Assembly: GCA_964387625.1 (NCBI GenBank) | Contig: CAYLWN010000001.1 | Coordinates: 35,560 to 99,559, forward strand | Source of the DNA: an uncultured Gammaproteobacteria bacterium | Lineage (GTDB): Bacteria; Patescibacteriota; Microgenomatia; UBA10105 | Length of the DNA stretch: 64,000 bases | Reading direction: 5' to 3' | Shown: one piece after another, positions 10,222-19,734 of the stretch | Layout of the letters: every line of letters begins with the position of its first letter | Position numbering within the stretch: the first letter of the stretch is position 1 | Position numbers and translations under genes: made by a program | The notes under the pieces: model-generated | Seen by the model: only the letters and a program-made list of their open reading frames with translations | What the model was told of the DNA's origin: nothing | The model's database searches: none

Positions 10222-11199
10222 TCATTTTATTATTGAAAACATTTCATTAAAACGCATAATATATGTGTGATCTTTACGGGTTTTAAGCCAACCATTTTTT
10301 GCAATTCTCTCTCTTTCTTTGTCACGTTTAAGATAATAAATTGCCTTTTGTCTTAGTTCTTTTTTATTTCTGAAAAAAACCATTTCTTGATCTTCAATGA
10401 ATAATTTAGCTAATGCTGGGCAATATTCGCTTAAAATAAATGTACCAACACCGGTTGCTTCAAAATTTCTTAAGTTAGCAGTGTTGATAGGTATACCCTT
10501 TTCTCCCGTTAAAACATTAATAACAATTTTTGCTTGTCTAAAAATATTCTGCATCCTATTTACAGGTAAGTAATTTCGATAATAAGGGGCCATAATGGTA
10601 TGTTTCCAATGCGGATAACCCCAAAGATTAAAATTTAAATCGCAAATTTCAGAAAAATAATTTATTCTCTTTTGAGTCCTGTGTCCAGCAAAAACAATAT
10701 CATAAATTTTGGGTGTTTGAATAATTTTAATATCTGCTTGACCAGCCACTGGTAAATAATATGTTTTTCTTCCTGTTTGATTTAATTTTGTAGTAAGCAT
10801 TGTACAAACAGAAAAAAAATATTTATAGGTTTTTGCTGTTTTTATAAGATTTTGCCACAACACAAGATTATCAGGATACCAGTTTATAGTTATTATTCCC
10901 AAGGAATTAATTTGTTCAATAGTCTTTGGGTAAAACACTTCCCCTTTAACCGTAAAAAAATAATTAGGTTTCAATATTTTAATTTTTTTTATCAATTGAT
11001 GATTTATTCGATTGTTCCTTAATATTTTAAATCTCTTGGAATTGAGTAAGTTTGAGATTATTCCCAGCATACGAGACATTACGTCAGGTTTAAGATAATC
11101 AAATGTAAAGACATCCATTCCAAGTTTTGTTAATGCGTGTTTAATAGGTATAAAAAACGAAGAATTTCTTGGAGAAACGAATAAAATTTTGTTTTTCAT
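10222..11199 (-). CDS. CgeB-family (DUF3880/Glyco_trans_1_2) glycosyltransferase
   Basis: The C-terminal block NLRNFEATGVGTFILSEY...EMVFF..KKEL..K..YYLK...ERERIAKNGW...DHTYIMRF matches the conserved CgeB-like signature. Confidence 0.5.
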   Translation of the reverse strand: MKNKILFVSPRNSSFFIPIKHALTKLGMDVFTFDYLKPDVMSRMLGIISNLLNSKRFKILRNNRINHQLIKKIKILKPNYFFTVKGEVFYPKTIEQINSLGIITINWYPDNLVLWQNLIKTAKTYKYFFSVCTMLTTKLNQTGRKTYYLPVAGQADIKIIQTPKIYDIVFAGHRTQKRINYFSEICDLNFNLWGYPHWKHTIMAPYYRNYLPVNRMQNIFRQAKIVINVLTGEKGIPINTANLRNFEATGVGTFILSEYCPALAKLFIEDQEMVFFRNKKELRQKAIYYLKRDKERERIAKNGWLKTRKDHTYIMRFNEMFSIIK

Positions 11200-11273
11200 A
11201 AAATCTGATTATAACTTATAATTATATCAATATATTATTGACTAAAAGCATAAGACTGTGATACAAATAAACA

Positions 11274-11657
11274 ATGAAAATTATATCAAAATTCCCAGTG
11301 TATAAGGATAATCGTGGTCAAATAGTTAATATATTCGATTTTACTAAAAATAACAAAATTAAGTCGTCATTAATAATTACATCTAAAAAAGACGCTATTA
11401 GAGCTAATCATTACCATAAAACAGATAGTCATTATATATATTTAATATCCGGAAAATTTGAATATTATGAAAAAAAATTAAAAAATAATAGTAAGATTAA
11501 ATCAATAACTATAAACAAAGGTGATTCAATTAATACTGAAACCGGCATAATACATGCAATGAAATTTCTTGAAGATTCAATTATGTTAGTTTTAACTACT
11601 GAAGATAGAGATCAGAAAAAATACGAAAAGGACATAGTAAGAATTAAATTAATTTAA
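11274..11657 (+). CDS. WxcM/FdtA-like cupin (putative NDP-sugar 3,4-ketoisomerase)
   Basis: 127 aa beta-rich protein. The N-terminus reads 'DNRGQIVNIFD...ANHYHKTDSHY', with His pairs like the FdtA/QdtA cupin family. Confidence 0.4.
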   Translation: MKIISKFPVYKDNRGQIVNIFDFTKNNKIKSSLIITSKKDAIRANHYHKTDSHYIYLISGKFEYYEKKLKNNSKIKSITINKGDSINTETGIIHAMKFLEDSIMLVLTTEDRDQKKYEKDIVRIKLI

Positions 11658-12892
11658 ATGATTCTTGGTTTAGGAACTGGAAGAATAAATTTACCCCATT
11701 TACGAAAATTTTTATGATTTTTCATTATTGATTCTGCAAAATTCCAAGCAAGAATAAATAAATAATCAGGTTTGTCTTTATATAATTTTTCCGACTTAAC
11801 TATAGGAATTCTGGTTCCCGGAGTATATAATCCCTGTTTATAAATACTATCTTCAATAATATACTCAATAATTTTATTATTTATTCCAAAATAATTTAAA
11901 AGTGTATTCCCTTTTGCGGGTGCTCCGTATCCGGCAATTCTTTTTCCTTTAGATATTAGCGTATTAAGAACATTTAGAAGAGTAATTTTGTTATTTTCTA
12001 TTCTTTTAGAAAAATTAAGATAAGTGTTTAAAGAATTTAATTTTAGTCTTTTTTCCTCTTTCAGTAATTTAATAACTGAGGATTGAACTTTATATTTACT
12101 TTCATTTAATGCAACAAAAACTCTTAAAGATCCTCCGTGTGAATTAACTCTTTCAGCTCGGAATATTTTCATGTTAAATCTATTAAATAAAATTTGTAAA
12201 GGTACAACAGATAAATACGATAAATGTTCATGATATACAGTGTCAAATAAATTGTTTTGTAAAAAATCAATCAAATAAGGAGCTTCAATTATAAACACAC
12301 CATTTTTGTTTAAAATAATTTTGACTCCGTTGATAATTTCATCTAAATCATGAATATGAGCAAAAACATTTGTTGCGCAGACAATATCAGCTGACCCATA
12401 TTTGTTAAATATTTTTTTTGCTAGTTTTATATTAAAAAATTCTGGTAAAGTTGTTATTTTTTGATCAATGGCTGTTTTGGCAACATTTTTTGCGGGTTCA
12501 ACGCCTAAAACACGCATATTTAGTTTTTTTAGCGGTTTAAGTAAAATTCCGTCATTGCTACCGATATCTATACATAATGAATTATTTTTTAGATGTAAAG
12601 TTTTAGTTACATGATCGGCAAAATCTTGAAAGTGTTTTATAAAAACAGAGGAAGTTGATGAATAGTAAACATAATCTTTAAATAATATTTTTGGAGATAC
12701 TACATATCGAAGCTGTAACAAATAACACTTTTGACAAAAACACACGATTAATGGGTAAAAAGTTTCTTTTTTATTAAGATTTTTCTCATTTATAAATGCA
12801 TTTGCTAGGGGAGTAGGTCCAAAATTAAACACGTCTTTTAAATTGTTGTTTTTGCATATTCTGCAAATTTCAATTTTAGTTATAGTTTTCAT
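11654..12892 (-). CDS. NDP-hexose C-methyltransferase family protein (TylCIII/TcaB9-like; Zn-ribbon + SAM MT + C-terminal domain)
   Basis: N-terminal CRIC...CQKC zinc ribbon, SAM motif I 'CIDIGSNDG', a conserved 'DTVYHEHLSY' block, and a C-terminal 'AGYGAPAKGNTLLNY...YTPGT.IPI' block. Paralog of 28702..29937. Confidence 0.6.
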   Translation of the reverse strand: MKTITKIEICRICKNNNLKDVFNFGPTPLANAFINEKNLNKKETFYPLIVCFCQKCYLLQLRYVVSPKILFKDYVYYSSTSSVFIKHFQDFADHVTKTLHLKNNSLCIDIGSNDGILLKPLKKLNMRVLGVEPAKNVAKTAIDQKITTLPEFFNIKLAKKIFNKYGSADIVCATNVFAHIHDLDEIINGVKIILNKNGVFIIEAPYLIDFLQNNLFDTVYHEHLSYLSVVPLQILFNRFNMKIFRAERVNSHGGSLRVFVALNESKYKVQSSVIKLLKEEKRLKLNSLNTYLNFSKRIENNKITLLNVLNTLISKGKRIAGYGAPAKGNTLLNYFGINNKIIEYIIEDSIYKQGLYTPGTRIPIVKSEKLYKDKPDYLFILAWNFAESIMKNHKNFRKWGKFILPVPKPRII

Positions 12893-12940
12893 TAAAACTT
12901 AGAATTAATTGATAAATTTTGTTACAATAGCGTTCATTAT

Positions 12941-14008
12941 ATGAATAATCCAACAATCAATCAAGATTTAATAGAAATAAGTAAATCTCTTAAAGATGAA
13001 GTAAAAAAACTTAAAAATAAAACGATTTTGATTTCAGGAGGATCAGGTTTTATCGGTAATTATATTGTTAGATTCATTTTATATTTAAACAAAAAATACC
13101 CAAACTTTAAATGCAGAGTTATTTCTATAGACAATTATATAACCGGATCTAAGAATAATTTAAATAAATTTTCCAATAACGGTTTAAAGTTAATTGAACA
13201 TGATATAAGAAATCCTTTAAAAATAAGCGAGCCTATTGATTATATTATTCATGCCGCAGGCGTAGCCTCACCAATTTATTATAAAAAATTCCCAATAGAA
13301 ACAATTGAAACAACGATATACGGAGCAAAAAATCTTCTTGAGTTAGCCAGAATAAAAAAAATAAAAGGGTTTTTATTTTTTAGTTCAAGTGAAATATATG
13401 GTGATCCGGATCCTTCATCAATACCTACGCCGGAAACATATCGGGGAAACGTGTCTTGCACGGGTTCCAGGGCTTGTTATGACGAGTCCAAGCGATTAGG
13501 GGAAACCCTTTGTTTAGCATATCACGAAGTGCATAAAATTCCGATTAAAATTGTCAGACCATTTAATGTATTTGGTCCAGGTATGAAATTAAATGATTAT
13601 CGCGTCATTCCTATGTTCTTTAGTAGAGCGTTAACAAATAAGCATTTACCCGTACATGATAATGGAAATCAAACTCGAACTTTTTGTTATATCACTGACG
13701 CAATAATTGCTATATATAAAGTATTACTAATGGGTAAAAATGGCGAAATATACAACATTGGAAATGATACTAATGAAATAAATATGATGAGTTTAGCTAA
13801 TATTGTTTCTCAATTATTTAAGAAAAAGCCTGAAGTTCGATCGGTGCCTTATCCTTATAAATATCCATCTGATGAGCCTCGAAGAAGATTACCTGATTTA
13901 ACTAAAATAAAAACATTACTGAATTATCAACCTAGTGTTGATTTAATAACAGGTTTAAAACGAACTAAAAAATGGTATAAGGAAATGAATTTAGCTAAAC
14001 TATTTTAA
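12941..14008 (+). CDS. UDP-glucuronate decarboxylase (UDP-xylose synthase, UXS/ArnA-C-like SDR)
   Basis: GGSGFIGN Rossmann motif. The block 'SSSEIYGDP....PE.Y.G.V...G.RACYDESKRLGETLC.AY' closely parallels the UXS 'RACYDEGKRVAETMCYAY' active-site region. An 'FNVFGPGM' block is also present. Confidence 0.65.
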   Translation: MNNPTINQDLIEISKSLKDEVKKLKNKTILISGGSGFIGNYIVRFILYLNKKYPNFKCRVISIDNYITGSKNNLNKFSNNGLKLIEHDIRNPLKISEPIDYIIHAAGVASPIYYKKFPIETIETTIYGAKNLLELARIKKIKGFLFFSSSEIYGDPDPSSIPTPETYRGNVSCTGSRACYDESKRLGETLCLAYHEVHKIPIKIVRPFNVFGPGMKLNDYRVIPMFFSRALTNKHLPVHDNGNQTRTFCYITDAIIAIYKVLLMGKNGEIYNIGNDTNEINMMSLANIVSQLFKKKPEVRSVPYPYKYPSDEPRRRLPDLTKIKTLLNYQPSVDLITGLKRTKKWYKEMNLAKLF

Positions 14009-14072
14009 CATTACCAATCTAACTAGAGTAATAGAAATTAGTAAAATAATTTTTGGGTCAGAATATGAATTT

Positions 14073-14100
14073 AGAGCTAAATTTTGAACAGCTTTTTTTA
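14073..14100 (+). terminator. candidate weak intrinsic terminator downstream of the UXS gene
   Basis: agagct (14073-78) pairs with agcttt (14090-95) to give an AU-rich stem of 4-6 bp, followed directly by a T7 run (14093-14099). It sits about 65 nt after the stop, in a 161 bp convergent intergenic region. Confidence 0.2.
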
Positions 14101-14169
14101 TATATATAGTAATTATTATTGTCCATTTTTACTAAATTTTATTAAAAAATATTTTAGCATAATTCTGAT

Positions 14170-15822
14170 TTATTTTACTTGAATAATGTCAATAATAGGT
14201 CCTAGTCTTTCAATTCTTACGGTCTCTAGCGTATTTGCTGAACCATGAATTAAATTAACAATATTATTGGTATCGTTTGATTTCATGGGAGAAAATCTTT
14301 TTATTAATATATATTTTTGTTTATCTAGTTTATTTATAAGAGATGAATTATAGGACCAGTAATAGTTAAATATATATTTAATATCATTGTTATAGACATA
14401 TTTATTTATATCGTTCACATTATTAACATCAATAACTTTTTCAAAATAAATAATATTTCGTAAATTATCAGAAGATATTGAAGAGTTTATTAGACTTTTT
14501 AATTTTTGATATGAACCTGGTTTATTTTTTTGTATTAAGTTAATTGCTTCCATATTTGGTACGAATGGACTAAAACGAATGGATGTTGAGGCTACTTTAA
14601 TATCTTTAGAAATATTCTGGTTAATCCAAGAAGATGCTTGTATAAACGTAGGAGTTTGTAAATATCTAGATAGCCAAAAACACGAGGGTAAAATGGCTAA
14701 GATTATTATTATTGAGTAAATTATTTTTACTAAAATACCTGATCTATTGATTAAATTCAATCGATATATAAAATACCCAGTGAATATTGGGAAGATAATT
14801 AATACTGGCAACATGTACCTTAAAGATTGGTAAAAAGTTATCGAAATAAATAAAAAATATACAATTGAATAAAAAGCTATAGAAATTAATAATTTTGGTA
14901 AGTATTTAAAAAACCAAATTATACATAAAAAGGTTAGCAATATAACAGGTTCAGTAAATAAAAATTCTTTTAGGTAAAAAATAATATATTTAAAAAATCC
15001 ATCTTGGAAATTACCAAAAAGAATATTTGTAAATTCAGTAGACGCGTATTTATAACTCATTAATCTTGTAAAAAGTATGAATGACAATATAGGCAATAAA
15101 ATGATTAATAAATATTCAAAATAATTATGACCCAATTTTCTAATTCTCCAAAATCTAAAAAACCAGATGATAAATATTAATCCTAAACCATAAACTGCTG
15201 AAAAATGAAAACCGATAGCAAAAGATAAGAAGAAAACAGCAATTAAAGCATCAAAAATTCTATACTTATTTATTTGATATTTGATAAGCCAATAAATAGC
15301 TAGAGAATAGAAAAACAATGACAACATCCATGGTTTTGCCGTATGAGACATTTGAATTTGAGTAATTGAAAATGTAGAAAAAAATAATACCCATAAATAA
15401 ATATTATTTTGTTTAGGAAAAATCAATTGAGTTATTTTAAAAATTACATATACTGTACATGTACCGAATAATGCAGATATAATTCTAGGAATAAACATAA
15501 AATAACCTTCATGTGTCACCAAAAACAACATAAATTGTTCGATAGTGGATACTTGATGTAATATCAGCTTATAAATATAGGCTAAAATAAAAAATGGCAG
15601 CATTATATGGGATCCAAGCGGCGGATATTGCGAACTAGTTACTAGGCTTTTATTAGCTAACATTTGCCATGCAGCAAGGTAATTTGGTACTTCATCCGGA
15701 ATTACATATAATACAGGAGAACCAAAATTTGGATTAACGACACGGATTACAAATCCCACTAATAATATGATTGGAACAAAATATTTTTTTAAATTTGAAA
15801 GTTTTATTATGTTTGTTGGCAT
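14170..15822 (-). CDS. GT-C fold glycosyltransferase (ArnT/PMT-like), polytopic membrane protein
   Basis: 550 aa, 12 or more TM helices. The first loop carries 'VIPDEVPNYLAAW', a DE motif like PMT/ArnT. C-terminal soluble domain. Confidence 0.5.
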   Translation of the reverse strand: MPTNIIKLSNLKKYFVPIILLVGFVIRVVNPNFGSPVLYVIPDEVPNYLAAWQMLANKSLVTSSQYPPLGSHIMLPFFILAYIYKLILHQVSTIEQFMLFLVTHEGYFMFIPRIISALFGTCTVYVIFKITQLIFPKQNNIYLWVLFFSTFSITQIQMSHTAKPWMLSLFFYSLAIYWLIKYQINKYRIFDALIAVFFLSFAIGFHFSAVYGLGLIFIIWFFRFWRIRKLGHNYFEYLLIILLPILSFILFTRLMSYKYASTEFTNILFGNFQDGFFKYIIFYLKEFLFTEPVILLTFLCIIWFFKYLPKLLISIAFYSIVYFLFISITFYQSLRYMLPVLIIFPIFTGYFIYRLNLINRSGILVKIIYSIIIILAILPSCFWLSRYLQTPTFIQASSWINQNISKDIKVASTSIRFSPFVPNMEAINLIQKNKPGSYQKLKSLINSSISSDNLRNIIYFEKVIDVNNVNDINKYVYNNDIKYIFNYYWSYNSSLINKLDKQKYILIKRFSPMKSNDTNNIVNLIHGSANTLETVRIERLGPIIDIIQVK

Positions 15823-15885
15823 TAGTTTTTCTATAAAAAAACAAATATTCTATTAATTAGACCATTATAACAATAAATTTTAAGA

Positions 15886-17049
15886 ATGAAAAATTTATTA
15901 AAGCCTATTAGCTATAACAAACAATCAATTGATACTCTAGACATTAAATCTGTTATTAAGGTTTTAAAATCCGATTTTTTGACACAAGGACCTTTGATTG
16001 AAAAATTTGAAAACGAACTGACAAAATATTGCAAAGTAAAATATGCAGTAGTTTTCTCTTCAGGTACTTCAGCTTTGCATGGAGCATGTTATGCAGCGGG
16101 AATCAAAAAAGGGGATGAAGTGATAACAACTCCTATGACATTTGCTGCTTCAGTAAATTGTGTGATGTATTGTGGTGGTATACCTGTATTTGCTGATATT
16201 AAGCCAGAAATTCCATTAATTGATCCAAACGAAATATTAAAAAAAATTACTAAAAAAACTAAAGCCATAATTCCGGTTGATTATTCAGGAATGCCAGCAG
16301 ACTATGATGAAATTAGTGAAATTGCCAAAAAACATAATTTGATAGTTATTGCTGATGCGTGTCATTCATTAGGAGCTACATATAAAGGAAGCAAGGCTGG
16401 TTCGTTAGCTGACATGTCTATTTTTAGTTTTCATCCGGTAAAATCTATAACTACAGGAGAAGGAGGAGCTGTATTAACAAATAATTATAAATTTTATCAG
16501 AGACTAATATTGTTTCGGACGCATGGCATTACCAAAGATCCTAAACTATTTATTAACAAAAACGAAGGTCCTTGGTATTATGAAATGCAGGATTTAGGCT
16601 TTAATTACCGATTAACGGATATTCAAGCAGCGCTAGGCTTATCTCAATTAGTCAAATTATCTAAATTTATCAAGGTACGTCAAAAAATTGCTGGTTTTTA
16701 TCAACGACAACTAAAAAACATTAGCAATATAAAATTTTTAACAGTTCCCAAAAATAGAACGTCATCTTGGCATTTATTTCCAATACAAATTAGAAACATT
16801 TCATTTTTTCAAAAAACACTATTGGTAAAAATGCTGCATAAAGCCAATATCAAAGTACAAGTTCATTACATACCAGTTCATTTGCAACCGTATTATACAA
16901 AGAAGTTTGGATATAAAAAAGGAGATTTTCCAATTTCTGAAAAATTCTATCAAGAGGAAATTTCAATACCGATTTATCCAAATCTTACAAAAAATGAACT
17001 TAATTATGTACTAATGAATTTACTACTAAATAGTAATAAAATGAATTAG
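15886..17049 (+). CDS. pseC: DegT/PseC-like PLP-dependent UDP-4-keto-6-deoxy-sugar aminotransferase
   Basis: The N-terminus 'QSIDTLDIKSVIKVLKSDFLTQGP' matches the PseC signature. Also 'FSFHPVKSITTGEGG', with the PLP lysine, and 'GFNYRLTDIQAALG'. Confidence 0.65.
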   Translation: MKNLLKPISYNKQSIDTLDIKSVIKVLKSDFLTQGPLIEKFENELTKYCKVKYAVVFSSGTSALHGACYAAGIKKGDEVITTPMTFAASVNCVMYCGGIPVFADIKPEIPLIDPNEILKKITKKTKAIIPVDYSGMPADYDEISEIAKKHNLIVIADACHSLGATYKGSKAGSLADMSIFSFHPVKSITTGEGGAVLTNNYKFYQRLILFRTHGITKDPKLFINKNEGPWYYEMQDLGFNYRLTDIQAALGLSQLVKLSKFIKVRQKIAGFYQRQLKNISNIKFLTVPKNRTSSWHLFPIQIRNISFFQKTLLVKMLHKANIKVQVHYIPVHLQPYYTKKFGYKKGDFPISEKFYQEEISIPIYPNLTKNELNYVLMNLLLNSNKMN

Positions 17050-17473
17050 ATCTGAAGATCGAAAAATTGTTCTTTTGAAATATTTTTAAAGAAATTATAT
17101 TGTTTTTCTTTATTTTTGCTTTTATTGGTATTTTTCTAGTTTTAACCAGCTTTAGGGTTTTTTGAAGAAAGTAGCTTCCATAACCCTGATTTAAAAAACG
17201 TTTATCAATTCCTATAGATAAATAATAAATGTTTCTCGCTAAGTTGTATCTACAATATCCAATAATTATATTTTCTGAATATTTTAAATTGACTTCAAGT
17301 AAAAATATGTAATTATTAGAATTGTCTAAGAATTTTTTATACCACTTTATGTGTTGAGAGAATTGAATTAACTCCGTATTGATAGATTTATTTCTTACGT
17401 GTTTTTGATTTCTGATTAACAATAAACTCTTTGCGTCAGAAAGTTTTGCTTTTCTAATAGACAAATTATTCAT
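17000..17473 (-). CDS. GNAT family N-acetyltransferase (PseH-like candidate)
   Basis: The 'NQGYGSYFLQKTLK' acetyl-CoA motif A is present. I set the start at the first ATG (17473), which forms an ATGA overlap with the stop of the upstream synthase gene. The track start at 17491 is TTG. The 3' end overlaps convergent pseC by 50 nt. Confidence 0.5.
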   Translation of the reverse strand: MNNLSIRKAKLSDAKSLLLIRNQKHVRNKSINTELIQFSQHIKWYKKFLDNSNNYIFLLEVNLKYSENIIIGYCRYNLARNIYYLSIGIDKRFLNQGYGSYFLQKTLKLVKTRKIPIKAKIKKNNIISLKIFQKNNFSIFRSNSFYYYLVVNSLVHN

Positions 17474-18525
17474 TCTTGAATCATTTTCCAACTTAAAGGT
17501 GACCCTTTTTCAATATTTTGTTTTGCAGCTTTTCCAATAATCTGATCTAGATATACAGGCGATATTCCATATCCTGGTCTAATGCACTTAATATTTTTAT
17601 AAGTAATACGTTCTCCTTTTTTTATATCTTTTACAGCAAACAACGAACGTTTAAAAATGATATTTTCAGATTCTTGTTTATCAGGTTTATATGTAATTTT
17701 TCCCATAGCTTTTTCTACATCACGAATAGTTATTACCAATTGTTTCATTTCCTTAGGTTCGAGAGAAAAAGTTGAATCATATCCATCATCTTTTCTGGAT
17801 AAAGTAATATGTTTTTCAATTATTTTTGCTCCCATTGCAACAGCAGTGATTGAAGCAGTTAATCCTAAACTATGATCAGATAATCCGGTAATTACTTTAA
17901 ATTTATGTTGAATATCTTGCATAGTTCTTATGTTCATTTGATTTAAAGTGGCAGGATATGAGCTGATACAATGTAATACTGCAATATTTTTTGATCCTGC
18001 AGTTTTAAGCGTTTTAATGGCTAATTTAATATCTTCAAGCGACGCTAATCCTCTAGAAATAATTACCGGTTTTTTAGTTTTGCCAATACGTTTTAATAGT
18101 TCTAAATCTATATTTTCAAATGACGCAATTTTATATAATGAAACATTCATTTTTTCTAAAAAATCTACCGCAGAATTATCAAATGGGGTAGAAAAACAAA
18201 TCAAACCTTTTTTTTCTGCATAAGATTTTAGCTTGGGTTGCCATTCCCAAGGTGTGTATGTTTTTTGATATAAAGTATAAAGGGTAGTACCTTTCCATTT
18301 TCCGGAAGTTATTTTAAACCATTTTTTATTGCTGTTTATTGTTAATGTTTTGGGAGTATATGTTTGTAATTTTATTGCGTCAACACCAGATTTTGCTGCC
18401 TCATCTACAATTTTATAAGCTTGATCGATATCTTGATTGTGGTTTCCTGACATTTCAGCAACTATAAAACACGGTGAGTTTTCACCAATTGTTTTTTTTC
18501 CGATTTTGAAGTTAATATTATTCAT
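17470..18525 (-). CDS. NeuB/PseI/LegI-family nonulosonic acid synthase (TIM barrel + C-terminal SAF domain)
   Basis: 'GENSPCFIVAEMSGNHNQDIDQAYKIVDEAAKSGVDAIKLQTYT' is the canonical N-terminus of sialic/pseudaminic acid synthases. The C-terminal 'RPGYGISP' block is an SAF domain. Confidence 0.75.
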   Translation of the reverse strand: MNNINFKIGKKTIGENSPCFIVAEMSGNHNQDIDQAYKIVDEAAKSGVDAIKLQTYTPKTLTINSNKKWFKITSGKWKGTTLYTLYQKTYTPWEWQPKLKSYAEKKGLICFSTPFDNSAVDFLEKMNVSLYKIASFENIDLELLKRIGKTKKPVIISRGLASLEDIKLAIKTLKTAGSKNIAVLHCISSYPATLNQMNIRTMQDIQHKFKVITGLSDHSLGLTASITAVAMGAKIIEKHITLSRKDDGYDSTFSLEPKEMKQLVITIRDVEKAMGKITYKPDKQESENIIFKRSLFAVKDIKKGERITYKNIKCIRPGYGISPVYLDQIIGKAAKQNIEKGSPLSWKMIQE

Positions 18526-19657
18526 TCTGTTTTTCCCAGATATTATCTTTTAACCAGTTTCCTTTTTTATCTTTATTCCATACTAAAGAGTTTCTGAATG
18601 AATTTGCAATTTTCCAAAAATCTTTTTCGCTCATGTTGACATATTTAAGCCAATAATTTAAATCCTTAGGTATTATATGGTCATATTTTTTTACCATTTC
18701 TATGCCTTGTTTGCGAGTCATATATCCCATTTTAATATCTTTTGAAGCATGATCAGATGCTCTACCATATCCGAATTTTATATATTTTAAATAGTCATGA
18801 AGACCGTTTTCATAACGGTCATCCAGATTGGAAAAATTTCTATAGGTTCTGTCAAACGGTTTTTTTCTTGGTTTCCAACCGTATTTTTTTTGTATAAGTT
18901 TTGCATGCTGATTAGGATCCCATTTAAAAAAGTTTCCTATATAAAGACCTTTCACTCCTACTTTTAGAATTTCCTCATCAGCCGGATATTTTGCCCATAA
19001 AAGATCTTTTTCAGTAAGTTTTTCTTGAGAATCTGTAATTAAGTCATACCATTCAAAGCCTCTTAAGGAATGCTCATGCCTGCTTCTGTTGCTAAATTCA
19101 ACAAAATCTTCAGGTTCATACATACCTGAAATATCCCAGGCAATTTCTCCCCAAATAATCAATGGAATATTAAATTTGACTGCAATTTGAATTGGATAAG
19201 TTGAGATACCGCAGTGCGCATGCCAATTCATATCTCCCATTTTTCTAAAACATAGGCGGTTTAATTTTTTTAATACTTCCACACTGGGACCAAATACGAG
19301 ATGATCTGCATCAAATTTGTGACGCATTTGATCGCGGTTATAATCACCTTCAGGTAAATAATTATTACCGTGATATGTAACCAAAAGAGGTTTTAATCCA
19401 TATTCTTTAACAATTGTGTGTGTTTGAAAATAACTATCTTTACCGCCACTAACAGGAATTACACAATCATAATTTGACTTATTATTTTTTGTTGTTTGCG
19501 TTATGATCTGTAAAAACTTTTTTTTCCTTATTTTCCAAAACTCGTTTGTTAATTTCTTAAATTTTTCAAATGTCCGACAACTTGAACATACGCCATTTTC
19601 ATCGATATATAAATTGACAGCAACTTCAGGATAGACACATTTTTTACAATATCGCAT
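18518..19657 (-). CDS. N-acetyl sugar amidotransferase (PP-loop ATPase; PseA/WbuX family)
   Basis: N-terminal Cys-rich ribbon (CKKCVYPE...CSSC) and a PP-loop 'SGGKDS' motif. About 380 aa, as in WbuX/PseA. A GGAGG Shine-Dalgarno lies 4 nt upstream of the ATG. Confidence 0.65.
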   Translation of the reverse strand: MRYCKKCVYPEVAVNLYIDENGVCSSCRTFEKFKKLTNEFWKIRKKKFLQIITQTTKNNKSNYDCVIPVSGGKDSYFQTHTIVKEYGLKPLLVTYHGNNYLPEGDYNRDQMRHKFDADHLVFGPSVEVLKKLNRLCFRKMGDMNWHAHCGISTYPIQIAVKFNIPLIIWGEIAWDISGMYEPEDFVEFSNRSRHEHSLRGFEWYDLITDSQEKLTEKDLLWAKYPADEEILKVGVKGLYIGNFFKWDPNQHAKLIQKKYGWKPRKKPFDRTYRNFSNLDDRYENGLHDYLKYIKFGYGRASDHASKDIKMGYMTRKQGIEMVKKYDHIIPKDLNYWLKYVNMSEKDFWKIANSFRNSLVWNKDKKGNWLKDNIWEKQNE

Positions 19658-19660
19658 ATA

Positions 19661-19666
19661 CCTCCA
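19661..19666 (-). promoter_or_regulatory. Shine-Dalgarno (GGAGG) for the amidotransferase gene
   Basis: The minus strand reads TGGAGGTATATG, with the ATG at 19657. Confidence 0.5.
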
Positions 19667-19734
19667 ATTATTTAATAAATAAGATGGTTTTAAATTTTAA
19701 GAGGCAGTATATATCTTATCGTTTTAACACAGCT

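Noticed and set aside
17474-17491. TTG start at 17491 for the GNAT gene and GTG start at 48942 for the TylF-like gene.
   Set aside because: Downstream in-frame ATGs (17473, forming ATGA coupling with the synthase stop; 48921, preceded by GGAGA) are more plausible initiation sites than the non-ATG codons at the ORF extremes.
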